Virus record (IMG/VR): IMGVR_UViG_3300032046_003126
Location: 1-64,000 of that record
DNA from: a virus
Strand: one strand, 5' to 3'
Length of the DNA: 64,000 nt
Below the pieces are notes generated by a model. It was not told where the DNA came from and did no database searches. It saw nothing but the letters and a program-made list of their open reading frames with translations. Positions 9,617-18,351 of the stretch are shown here, piece by piece. A program made the translations under genes and the position numbers. Position 1 is the stretch's first letter; every line of letters begins with the position of its first letter.

Positions 9617-10451
9617 AATATATTCAATACATTACAACAGACCAGATTTTATAGGTTGGCAATATGATAGTTTTAATAAATTCTTAAAAGTGAAAGATGG
9701 ATTTGAATTAATTATTGTAAATAATGCAAGAGATAATTTAATAAGAAATGAAATAAATAAAACTTGTAATTCTTATAATTTGAGAGTAATTGAAACACAC
9801 TCGGATACCCCATTTCATTTAGCTGGTAAACATCATGCTGATTCTTTAAATCATGTATGGAAAAATTATATTTGTAAAGATGATTTTGCTATGTTTTGTG
9901 ATGGTGATCTTTTTATGATTAAAGAATTTCATGTAGATAACTTTATGAAGGATGACCTTATAGCTGGTGCATATCAACATAGAGAACAAAAATATGAATA
10001 TCTTGCCCCAGTAATAGTTTTTATAAAACCAACAAAAATACCCGAACCTGAAACAATAGATTGGGAAGGTATTGGTGTTAACGGAATACGCTTAGACACT
10101 GGTGGTGGAATATATAATTATTATCTAAATCATCCTGAAGTAAAACAAAAAACAAAGCGTATATTGAATTCTTGGCACATTAAAAATGAAAATAATAATC
10201 TATTGGTGTTACCAGATGAAATAATAGAGTTATATAATGATTCATACAATATAGAATTTTTTGGAAATGAATTTCTACATTATTGTAGAAGTAGTAATTG
10301 GGACCATGAATCCGAACAACATCATTTAAAGAAAACAAATTTCGTACAATTGTTTGTATATGGATGTATAGAAAACAAAATTAACGCAAAAGAACATAAT
10401 TTTCAGATGCTTAATGATTATTATTTTGGTTGGGGCAAGATAGAAAAATGA
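9603..10451 (+). CDS. Putative GT-A fold glycosyltransferase
   Basis: YNRPDFI, LIIVNNA, HADSLN, FCDGDLF (DxD). Confidence 0.5.
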   Translation: MKKVKIYSIHYNRPDFIGWQYDSFNKFLKVKDGFELIIVNNARDNLIRNEINKTCNSYNLRVIETHSDTPFHLAGKHHADSLNHVWKNYICKDDFAMFCDGDLFMIKEFHVDNFMKDDLIAGAYQHREQKYEYLAPVIVFIKPTKIPEPETIDWEGIGVNGIRLDTGGGIYNYYLNHPEVKQKTKRILNSWHIKNENNNLLVLPDEIIELYNDSYNIEFFGNEFLHYCRSSNWDHESEQHHLKKTNFVQLFVYGCIENKINAKEHNFQMLNDYYFGWGKIEK

Positions 10452-11437
10452 CAACATTAATTTTTGGCGGAGCAGGTTCTTTAGGAACTGAATTAACAAA
10501 ATATATATTAAATAATTTTGTTAATGAACTTATTTATGTTGCTTCAAGAGATGAAGCTAAACATTGGGATTTGAAAAACAAATTTCAAAATAATCAAAGA
10601 ATACAAACATATATTTGCGATGTTAGAGATAAAAATAGAGTCAATCAAATAATACTTGCTTTAAAACCTGAAAGAATTATTATAGCTCAAGCACTTAAAC
10701 AAGTAGATACTTGTGAAAAATTTCCAGAGGAAAGTATTGACACGAATATCTTAGGTATGAGAAATATTTTAGATTCTATAAGAGAATTGTCTTTAATGAA
10801 TGTTTATAAACCAACCGAGGTTTGTTTTGTATCAACGGACAAAAGTTGCAACCCAATTAATGTATATGGGATGTGTAAAAGTATTGCAGAAAAAATGGTT
10901 TCAAATTTATCTCAATTTTTTGAAGATCAAAATATAGATACTAAATTTATTATTACAAGATATGGTAACGTTTTATCTTCTAAGGGAAGCATTATTCCTT
11001 TGTATATGAAGCAAGCCACAGATCCAAATATAGATTTTTTTGGAGTAACACATACAGACATGACAAGATTTATTATGACTCTAGAAGAATCTGTTGAACT
11101 TATTTTTTATGCGTTAAAAAACGGAAGAAACGGAGAGCTTTGGGTTCCTAAACTTCCTTCAATGAAAATAATCGATTTAGCTGAGGTATTTTCAGATCTA
11201 TTTGGAAAAAAAATTAAAACCATTGGGATAAGACCTGGAGAAAAAGTACACGAAGTAATGTTGAACGAAGAAGAATATAGAAATTCTACTGAAGAAAACA
11301 AATATTTTGTTGTTAAAAAACAACCTAAAACAACTAAAGTTATTTATAAAGAATATTCATCAAAAGATACAATATCAAAAGACGAATTGAAAGAAAAGAT
11401 AATAACATTTTTAAAAGATAATGAGTATATAAAATGA
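10448..11437 (+). CDS. UDP-GlcNAc 4,6-dehydratase (PseB/FnlA/CapD family); start probably 10448
   Basis: GGAGSLG, SRDEAK, DVRD, ALKQV..CE..P, STDK, YGMCK, RYGNV, MTRF, GIRPGEKVHE. ATGA overlap with the previous stop. Confidence 0.9.
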   Translation: MTTLIFGGAGSLGTELTKYILNNFVNELIYVASRDEAKHWDLKNKFQNNQRIQTYICDVRDKNRVNQIILALKPERIIIAQALKQVDTCEKFPEESIDTNILGMRNILDSIRELSLMNVYKPTEVCFVSTDKSCNPINVYGMCKSIAEKMVSNLSQFFEDQNIDTKFIITRYGNVLSSKGSIIPLYMKQATDPNIDFFGVTHTDMTRFIMTLEESVELIFYALKNGRNGELWVPKLPSMKIIDLAEVFSDLFGKKIKTIGIRPGEKVHEVMLNEEEYRNSTEENKYFVVKKQPKTTKVIYKEYSSKDTISKDELKEKIITFLKDNEYIK

Positions 11438-12372
11438 CATTTAACAAAGTAATAGTTTGGGGTCACAAGCTTGGCGACCCACGTTTATCAAATACATTCA
11501 GTTTTATCCATGATTCCTGGAATAAAACATTTTCGTATTTGGGTTATGAAACATTGTGGTTAGATAATAATGACGATATTTCTAATATTAATTTCAATAA
11601 TTGTTTATTCTTAACAGAAGGACAAGTAGATCAAAAAATGCCAGTTAACAATACATCTAAATATGTATTGCATCATTGTAATTTAGACAAATATAATTCT
11701 ATTATTGGTAATTGTTTAAATTTACAAGTTTACACAAAAGATTGTTCGTTTAGAAAAGTCCAAAAAATGGACGAACCATTAACTTATTATCAACCAGAAC
11801 CCAATAATGAAACATGGCAAGATGGTTGTAACAATAGGACATTATATCAAACATGGGCAACAAATCTTTTACCGCACGAAATAAATGCTGATGATTTAAT
11901 TAAAAAAACACATGGTGTAACAAAACATAATAAACTTTATTGGGTTGGTTCTATATGCGATGGAAGACAAGGCAACATTACAGAACTACAAGAATTAATT
12001 CAAGCTTGTACTAAAAGAAATATAAGTTTTGTTCATGCCAAATTATCAAATGACAAACAACCAAGTGCAATACAGTTATCAAAAATTTCTCCTGCAATTC
12101 AAGGACATTGGCAAGTTGAAAACCATTATGTTCCATGTAGAGTTTATAAAAATATTTCATTTGGAAGAATGCCACTTTCAAACAACGAAATAATTTGTAG
12201 TTTATTTGATAATCAAATCATTTATGATAATAATATAGAAAATTTAATCGAAAAAGGAATGCAATTTGAAGCAAGCAATACATATACACAAGTTATGACA
12301 AAATTAATAAACGAAGTAAAAGAAAAACATACCTATGTGAGCAGAATTAATTCAATATTAAAAGTCATCTGA
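11434..12372 (+). CDS. Putative GT-B glycosyltransferase (CgeB-like C-terminus)
   Basis: PCRVYKNISFG and EKHTYVSRINSIL motifs; cluster context. Confidence 0.55.
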   Translation: MTFNKVIVWGHKLGDPRLSNTFSFIHDSWNKTFSYLGYETLWLDNNDDISNINFNNCLFLTEGQVDQKMPVNNTSKYVLHHCNLDKYNSIIGNCLNLQVYTKDCSFRKVQKMDEPLTYYQPEPNNETWQDGCNNRTLYQTWATNLLPHEINADDLIKKTHGVTKHNKLYWVGSICDGRQGNITELQELIQACTKRNISFVHAKLSNDKQPSAIQLSKISPAIQGHWQVENHYVPCRVYKNISFGRMPLSNNEIICSLFDNQIIYDNNIENLIEKGMQFEASNTYTQVMTKLINEVKEKHTYVSRINSILKVI

Positions 12373-12373
12373 A

Positions 12374-13192
12374 ATGAAAAATCTTATTATCGGTAACACA
12401 TCACAATTCAGTCATTATATGAATGATTCTGATAATATATTTTTATCTTCAAGAGAGAAAAACATAAAAGAATATAAAAAACAAAATTGGAATAAAGTTT
12501 TTTTATGTTTTGGAGAATCTAGAAAATTTATTGATGATCAAACACAATATGAAAAAATTAATTATAGTTTATCTAAACACTATATAAATTCTTTTAAAGA
12601 TAATTCGGAATATATTTATGTTTTTTCTACATGTGAATTGTGGAACAAACATTCTGGCCAAATTAGTTTAGAACTTCCAAAAGATCATTGGGATACATCA
12701 TATCTTAATTCTAAAAGAAAATTATCAGATTTTATTTTATTAGAACAGACAAAAAATAAATTAAATAATGTAAAAATAATTTATCCATTTAATTTTAATT
12801 CACCATTTAGAAATAAAAATTTTTTGTTCGGAAAAATTTATAATTCTATATTAAATAAAGAAAAAATATCAATAGGAAATACATATTTTTATAGAGACAT
12901 GATTAGTCCTTCTTATTTTGTAAAAGAAATATTAAACACATACGAACATAAAATAATTGGGTCAGGTCGTATGATTTTTGTAAATGACTTTATAAGAGAT
13001 TTATATAAATCATTTAATTTAGAATATGAAAATTTTGTTACCGAGGAATCAAATAAATTTAATGAATATTCTATAAATAAAGAATATTATCTTAAAACAA
13101 ACAGATGTTTACAAAATTATTCGGAACTATTATCTGATACAACAATAGATTTAAAAAACTTTTCAAACAGTAAGAAAGAAAGAAAATTATGA
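12374..13192 (+). CDS. Divergent SDR-fold sugar epimerase/reductase
   Basis: LIIGNTSQ, FSTCELW, YLNSK (YxxxK), PFNFNS, RDMI. Confidence 0.55.
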   Translation: MKNLIIGNTSQFSHYMNDSDNIFLSSREKNIKEYKKQNWNKVFLCFGESRKFIDDQTQYEKINYSLSKHYINSFKDNSEYIYVFSTCELWNKHSGQISLELPKDHWDTSYLNSKRKLSDFILLEQTKNKLNNVKIIYPFNFNSPFRNKNFLFGKIYNSILNKEKISIGNTYFYRDMISPSYFVKEILNTYEHKIIGSGRMIFVNDFIRDLYKSFNLEYENFVTEESNKFNEYSINKEYYLKTNRCLQNYSELLSDTTIDLKNFSNSKKERKL

Positions 13193-13884
13193 AAAATTTT
13201 GGATATTTTAAACCAACAGACCCAACATTAGATGGTTTGCGTTTTGGCAATTGGGGTTCAAGACCATATGAATATTATTGGGCAGCAACAATTTTAGATG
13301 CCAAAGATAAAACTGTTCTTGATTTAGGAATAGGTTCACCCTCGGAACATAATTGGTATGATTTTGTCACTAATGTAATGAAAACAAAATTATATTGTGG
13401 AATCGATTTTGATGAAAGACTCAAAACAGAAACAATAGACACAGATAACTGTAAAGTCCAGTGGATGGATATGACGGATTTAAAATTTGATAATGATAAA
13501 TTTGATATTGTCTATTGTATTAGTACTTTCGAACACTTTGAAAAAGAAGAATTGTTCTTGGAAAGTATAAAGGAAGCTCATAGGGTATGTAAAAAAGATG
13601 GATTGATGGTTGTTACATTAGATGAACTTTGGAACAAAGACAATAAAGATCCTATATATTCTGCATGGAATGAATTAGAAAAAATTCTAATAAAAAATAA
13701 TCATTATGATAATTCCAATATTAGTTTTGGAATGAAAGATTTTATTAATCTAGTATCAAATTATTTTGAACCATTAGAATTTAAAACAACAGAGATAGAA
13801 AAAGCAAATTCAGATGAAAGTTTATTACATAGTAAAATTTGGAATAGTGTGGTAAGTTATGGAATTTTCAAAGTTAAAAAATAA
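13189..13884 (+). CDS. Class I SAM-dependent methyltransferase
   Basis: VLDLGIG, GIDFD, DMTDLKF, FDIVYCISTFEH, EAHRVCKKDG. Confidence 0.85.
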   Translation: MKNFGYFKPTDPTLDGLRFGNWGSRPYEYYWAATILDAKDKTVLDLGIGSPSEHNWYDFVTNVMKTKLYCGIDFDERLKTETIDTDNCKVQWMDMTDLKFDNDKFDIVYCISTFEHFEKEELFLESIKEAHRVCKKDGLMVVTLDELWNKDNKDPIYSAWNELEKILIKNNHYDNSNISFGMKDFINLVSNYFEPLEFKTTEIEKANSDESLLHSKIWNSVVSYGIFKVKK

Positions 13885-14800
13885 AAAATTATTAATCACT
13901 GGCGGAAATGGATTATTAGGAAAAACATTTCAATCAAAAAATATAGACTATAAGATTTATGCTCCTTCGTCAAAAGAGTGCAATCTTTTTATTAAAGATG
14001 ATATAAAAAATTATATTAGAAATACTAATCCTGATTTTGTAGTTCATTGTGCCTGTAAAGTCGGAGGAATACAAGCGAATATATTAAATCAATTTGAATT
14101 TGGACATTCTAATATGTTAATGTATTTAAATCTATTAAGTTCTTTAAAAGAACTAAACATTTCATGTAAAATCCTAAACATAGGAAGTTCTTGTATGTAT
14201 CCTCGAAACAGTGTTCAACCTTTAAAAATAGAATACTTAGGTATTGGAGAACTTGAACCAACGAATGAGAGTTATGGATTTGCAAAATTATTTGGTACTA
14301 AATTGTGCCAACATTTATCTGATGATAAATCTAATAATTTAGAATTAAAAACGCTTATAGCACCAAATCTTTATGGTCCTTTTGATAAATTTAATGAAGA
14401 TGCTCATTTAATACCAGCAGTAATTAAAAAAATAGATAATAAAAAAAATGAAGATTTAGCATTATTACCAGCACAACCAACTGAAATTAGAAGAGAATTT
14501 ATGTTTTCTGAGGATTTTGCTGACGCCATGTGGTTTTCAATTAATAATTGGGAAAAAATACCAAGTATTTTGAATGTAGGAATAGGATGTGATTTTTCTA
14601 TTAAAGAATATTATGATATAATTGCAAATGTTCTAGGTGTAAAAGTAGAATACTCTGATTACGATCACAGTATGCCTAAAGGAATGAAACAAAAATTATT
14701 AGATTCGTCTGACGCATTTAAAATTGGAATTTATCCAAAAACTTCTTTAAAAGAAGGCATTGAAAAAACATATAAATATTATTTGGAGAATATTAAGTGA
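13859..14800 (+). CDS. GDP-L-fucose/GDP-L-colitose synthase (Fcl/ColC family)
   Basis: TGGNGLLG, KVGGIQAN, GSSCMYP, LEPTNESYGFAK, NLYGP, HLIPA, RREF. Confidence 0.9.
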   Translation: MEFSKLKNKKLLITGGNGLLGKTFQSKNIDYKIYAPSSKECNLFIKDDIKNYIRNTNPDFVVHCACKVGGIQANILNQFEFGHSNMLMYLNLLSSLKELNISCKILNIGSSCMYPRNSVQPLKIEYLGIGELEPTNESYGFAKLFGTKLCQHLSDDKSNNLELKTLIAPNLYGPFDKFNEDAHLIPAVIKKIDNKKNEDLALLPAQPTEIRREFMFSEDFADAMWFSINNWEKIPSILNVGIGCDFSIKEYYDIIANVLGVKVEYSDYDHSMPKGMKQKLLDSSDAFKIGIYPKTSLKEGIEKTYKYYLENIK

Positions 14801-15978
14801 AGAAAATAGAATACAAATTAGCATCAATCACTTGGGATCAAAAAGAATATGATGTATTAGAACAAGTTATTAAATTTGGAAAATTTACCATGGGAGATAA
14901 TGTTAAAAAATGTGAAGAAAATTTTGCTGAATATGTGAAATCAAAATATTGTGTTATGGTAAATTCTGGAAGTTCTGCAAATTTACTAATGGTTGCAGCT
15001 TTACAATATAGAAAATCTTTTAAAAGAAAAAAAAATCCTCTGGTAATTGTACCAGCAGTTAGTTGGGCAACAACATATTACCCTTTTCATCAATATGGCT
15101 ATAGGTTAAAGTTTGTTGATATTGATTTAAAAACATTAAATTATAATCTTGTTGATTTAAAAAATGCGTTCAAAGAAGAAACTCCAGATATATTAATGTG
15201 TGTAAATCTCTTAGGTAATTCAAATGATTTTGATGAAATAAAATCAATTATTGGAAATACCGATACCATTCTTTTAGAAGATAATTGTGAATCTATGGGT
15301 GCTTTATATAAAGATAAACAATGTGGAACAATTGGATTAATGGGAACGTTTAGTACATTTTTTAGCCATCATATAAATACAATGGAAGGCGGGTTTGTAG
15401 TAACTGATGATGAGGAGTTATATCATATAGTATTATCTTTAAGAGCACACGGTTGGACAAGAAATTTACCTGATGAAAACCACGTCTCGGGTACAAAATC
15501 CAAAGATTGGTTTATAGAATCATATAATTTTATTTTACCAGGATACAATGTAAGACCACTTGAAATGAGCGGAGCTTTAGGAATAGAACAAATAAAAAAA
15601 TTACCAAACTTGTTGAAACAAAGAAGAAAAAATGCTAAATATTTCATTGAAAAAATGAAAGAAATTGATTTTATTCAAATTCAAGAAGAAACAGACAATT
15701 CAAATAGTTCTTGGTTTGGATTTTCTTTAATTTTAAAAGATTCCTATTCTAGAAAAAAATTAATTAATTTATTAGATAAACACAACATAGAATGTAGACC
15801 TATTGTTGCAGGTAATTTTTTTAGAAATCCTGTTGTAAAACATATGAAATGTAAAAAATATAATAAATTAATTAATGCAGATTGTGTTAATGACAATGGT
15901 TTATTTATTGGAAATCATCACTTTGAAATAACAAAAGAAATTGATTATTTAGTTGATGTTTTAAAATTATATAAATAA
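14797..15978 (+). CDS. colD: GDP-4-keto-6-deoxy-D-mannose 3-dehydratase (DegT family, His-type)
   Basis: VNSGSSANL, PAVSWATT, EDNCES, FSHHINTMEGG (His where aminotransferases have the PLP Lys), LRAHGW, CRPIVAGN. GTG start with GGAG SD. Confidence 0.85.
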   Translation: MKKIEYKLASITWDQKEYDVLEQVIKFGKFTMGDNVKKCEENFAEYVKSKYCVMVNSGSSANLLMVAALQYRKSFKRKKNPLVIVPAVSWATTYYPFHQYGYRLKFVDIDLKTLNYNLVDLKNAFKEETPDILMCVNLLGNSNDFDEIKSIIGNTDTILLEDNCESMGALYKDKQCGTIGLMGTFSTFFSHHINTMEGGFVVTDDEELYHIVLSLRAHGWTRNLPDENHVSGTKSKDWFIESYNFILPGYNVRPLEMSGALGIEQIKKLPNLLKQRRKNAKYFIEKMKEIDFIQIQEETDNSNSSWFGFSLILKDSYSRKKLINLLDKHNIECRPIVAGNFFRNPVVKHMKCKKYNKLINADCVNDNGLFIGNHHFEITKEIDYLVDVLKLYK

Positions 15979-15991
15979 ATTACAATTATGG

Positions 15992-16020
15992 TATACTAAA
16001 AATTAATATTAAGTTATAAT
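15992..16020 (+). promoter_or_regulatory. Putative promoter TATACT-N17-TATAAT upstream of gmd
   Basis: Perfect -10 with 17-nt spacing; GAGG SD before the ATG at 16052. Confidence 0.5.
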
Positions 16021-16051
16021 TTATGTAATTATTAAATTCATTTAGAGGCAT

Positions 16052-18268
16052 ATGATAAATAAACAAAAAACAGCAATAATTTCTGGAATAACAGGACAAG
16101 ATGGAAGTTATTTAGCAGAACTTTTACTTGAAAAAGGTTATAAAGTAATCGGAATTAAAAGAAGAACTTCTCTGTTAAACGCACATGAGAGATTAGATTC
16201 ATTTTATAATAATAAAAATTTAGAATTAGTATATGGAAATATGCATGATGCTTCTTCTATCTTTAGTATTATAAACAAATATAAACCAGATGAATTTTAT
16301 AATCTCGCAGCGCAATCTCATGTAAAAGTCTCTTTTGAAGTAACCGAAGAAACTTTGGATACTGTTGCAAAAAGCACATTAAGAATTCTTAATGCAATTA
16401 AAGAATTATCTCCACATACAAGATTCTATCAGGCGTCATCCTCAGAAATGTATGGAACGGCACCGTGTCCAACAACTGGTTATACTGAAGACAGTATCAT
16501 GCTGCCTGCTTCACCGTATGCGGCTGCAAAACTGTTTGGACATAATATAGTAAAAAATTATAGAAATTCTTATGGGCTTCATGCTTCTTCGGGAATTTTG
16601 TTCAACCACGAAACTTTAGGTGGTTTTATGCCTCTTGTTTTTAAAACTAGTGAAACAACAAATTTAATTGATATAAAACCAATATCTGAAATTGTAAAAT
16701 ATCATACTAAAAATGAAAATATTCCATCAATAAATGAAGATTTGGAAAAATATCAAGAAACAAATGTTGATACTGATTTGTATGTTTGGGATAAAGAAAA
16801 ATGGACAAAAGTTTTATATGCGTCTGGATATCCCCATTTAATTAAAGAAGACAACAAGAGACCAAAATTTATTATTTCAAAAAAATCAGCAGTATTTGCA
16901 ACAGGGAATCATCATCATATTATGGATGACGGGACAGAGAAAGAATTTTCAAATATAAAAATCGGTGATAAGGTTAGTTTGGTAAAATCTTTTCCAGATA
17001 TTGATGAAAGTAAAAATTTAACTATTGAAGAAGCAAATTTGATTGGTTTTATTGTTGGTGATGGATATTGTAAAAAACAAAAAAACAAAAACAATTATAA
17101 TTTAAAACTCATATCAAAAAATAAAGAAGAATTAGAAAAATATAAAAAAATTTGGGATTCGTTGAATAAAACTTCAAATTATTATCATGGTAAATCTGGT
17201 TTTAATCCTTTACAAAAAATTTGGCATTTAACATTAAATCAATCTACGCAATGGGTAGAAGAAAAAATACCAGATTTATATACAGAAACAAATTATAAAA
17301 GAATTCCGAAAATAATTTTAAATTCAAACAAAAACATTATGCAGGCATTTCTTGAAGGCTATAATGATGCTGATGGATTGAAAAAAAATAATTGTATTTA
17401 TGAATTTAAAAATTTTAAAACAAACTCTGCTACTCTTGCTCTTGGGCTATTGTTTTTGATTGAAAAAACAACAAAACAAAAATGCAATATTAACGTTGAG
17501 CATGTTTTTAAATTTAATAAATGGAATCTTTATTATTCTATAAATTTGTTATCAAACACAAATCGTTCATTGGAAAATAGTAAAACAAAATATGAATTGG
17601 TTAAAAGATTATTAGATAATAAAACTTCAATTAGAAAAATCAATAGAGATACAAAAATTTCACGTAAAACAATACAAAAAATTAAAAAAGGATATATTCC
17701 AAGTGGAAAACATCATTTTGCTAAAAATGAGAATGAAGTAAAAAAAATTATTGAAATACCAAATTATAATGGTTGGTTTTATGACCTTACAACCGAATCG
17801 GGTACATTTCATGCTGGTATAGGAAATGGACATGTTCATAATAGTCCGCGACGCGGAGAGACATTTGTAAGTCGTAAAATTTCAATTGCTGCCGCTAGAA
17901 TAAAAACAGGTGTTCAAGATAAATTATATTTAGGAAATTTAGATGCTTGTAGAGATTGGGGTTATGCAGATGATTATGTGTATGGTATGTATTTAATGCT
18001 TCAACAAGAAAAACCAGATGATTATGTGTTAGCAACAGGAGAAACCCACACGGTTAGAGAATTTTTAGAAGAAACATTTAAACTTGCTGGTCTTGATATA
18101 GACAAATGCGTAGAAATTGATTCTAGGCTCTTTAGACCAGAAGAGGTTCCTTACCTACTAGGAGACGCTTCCAAGGCAAATAAAGCCATTGGCTGGCTAC
18201 CAAAAGTAAAGTTTAAAGAGTTGGTTGAAGTGATGTATGAACACGAGATAGAAAACATATTGAAATAG
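16052..18268 (+). CDS. gmd: GDP-mannose 4,6-dehydratase precursor with intein (mature protein about 328 aa)
   Basis: GITGQDGSYLAE, NLAAQSHV, QASSSE, SPYAAAK, GILFNHE|SPRRGETFV rejoined after removing the insert, RDWG, RPEEV. Confidence 0.95.
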   Translation: MINKQKTAIISGITGQDGSYLAELLLEKGYKVIGIKRRTSLLNAHERLDSFYNNKNLELVYGNMHDASSIFSIINKYKPDEFYNLAAQSHVKVSFEVTEETLDTVAKSTLRILNAIKELSPHTRFYQASSSEMYGTAPCPTTGYTEDSIMLPASPYAAAKLFGHNIVKNYRNSYGLHASSGILFNHETLGGFMPLVFKTSETTNLIDIKPISEIVKYHTKNENIPSINEDLEKYQETNVDTDLYVWDKEKWTKVLYASGYPHLIKEDNKRPKFIISKKSAVFATGNHHHIMDDGTEKEFSNIKIGDKVSLVKSFPDIDESKNLTIEEANLIGFIVGDGYCKKQKNKNNYNLKLISKNKEELEKYKKIWDSLNKTSNYYHGKSGFNPLQKIWHLTLNQSTQWVEEKIPDLYTETNYKRIPKIILNSNKNIMQAFLEGYNDADGLKKNNCIYEFKNFKTNSATLALGLLFLIEKTTKQKCNINVEHVFKFNKWNLYYSINLLSNTNRSLENSKTKYELVKRLLDNKTSIRKINRDTKISRKTIQKIKKGYIPSGKHHFAKNENEVKKIIEIPNYNGWFYDLTTESGTFHAGIGNGHVHNSPRRGETFVSRKISIAAARIKTGVQDKLYLGNLDACRDWGYADDYVYGMYLMLQQEKPDDYVLATGETHTVREFLEETFKLAGLDIDKCVEIDSRLFRPEEVPYLLGDASKANKAIGWLPKVKFKELVEVMYEHEIENILK
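16613..17842 (+). mobile_element. 410-aa intein with LAGLIDADG endonuclease in Gmd, beginning with Thr
   Basis: The insert splits NHE/SPRR. Block B ATGNH; LIGFIVGDG and FLEGYNDADG motifs; block F FYDLTT; block G HVHN followed by +1 Ser. Confidence 0.93.
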
Positions 18269-18300
18269 TAAAATAAAATTTTTGTTTTGATATGTTGTAT

Positions 18301-18329
18301 TATACTTTTGATAGAAAAAAACTCATACT
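18301..18329 (+). promoter_or_regulatory. Putative promoter TATACT-N17-CATACT
   Basis: Same layout as 2909, 3838 and 15992; SD AGAGG before the ATG at 18352. Confidence 0.35.
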
Positions 18330-18351
18330 TTTTTAATAAAAGAGGAAAATA

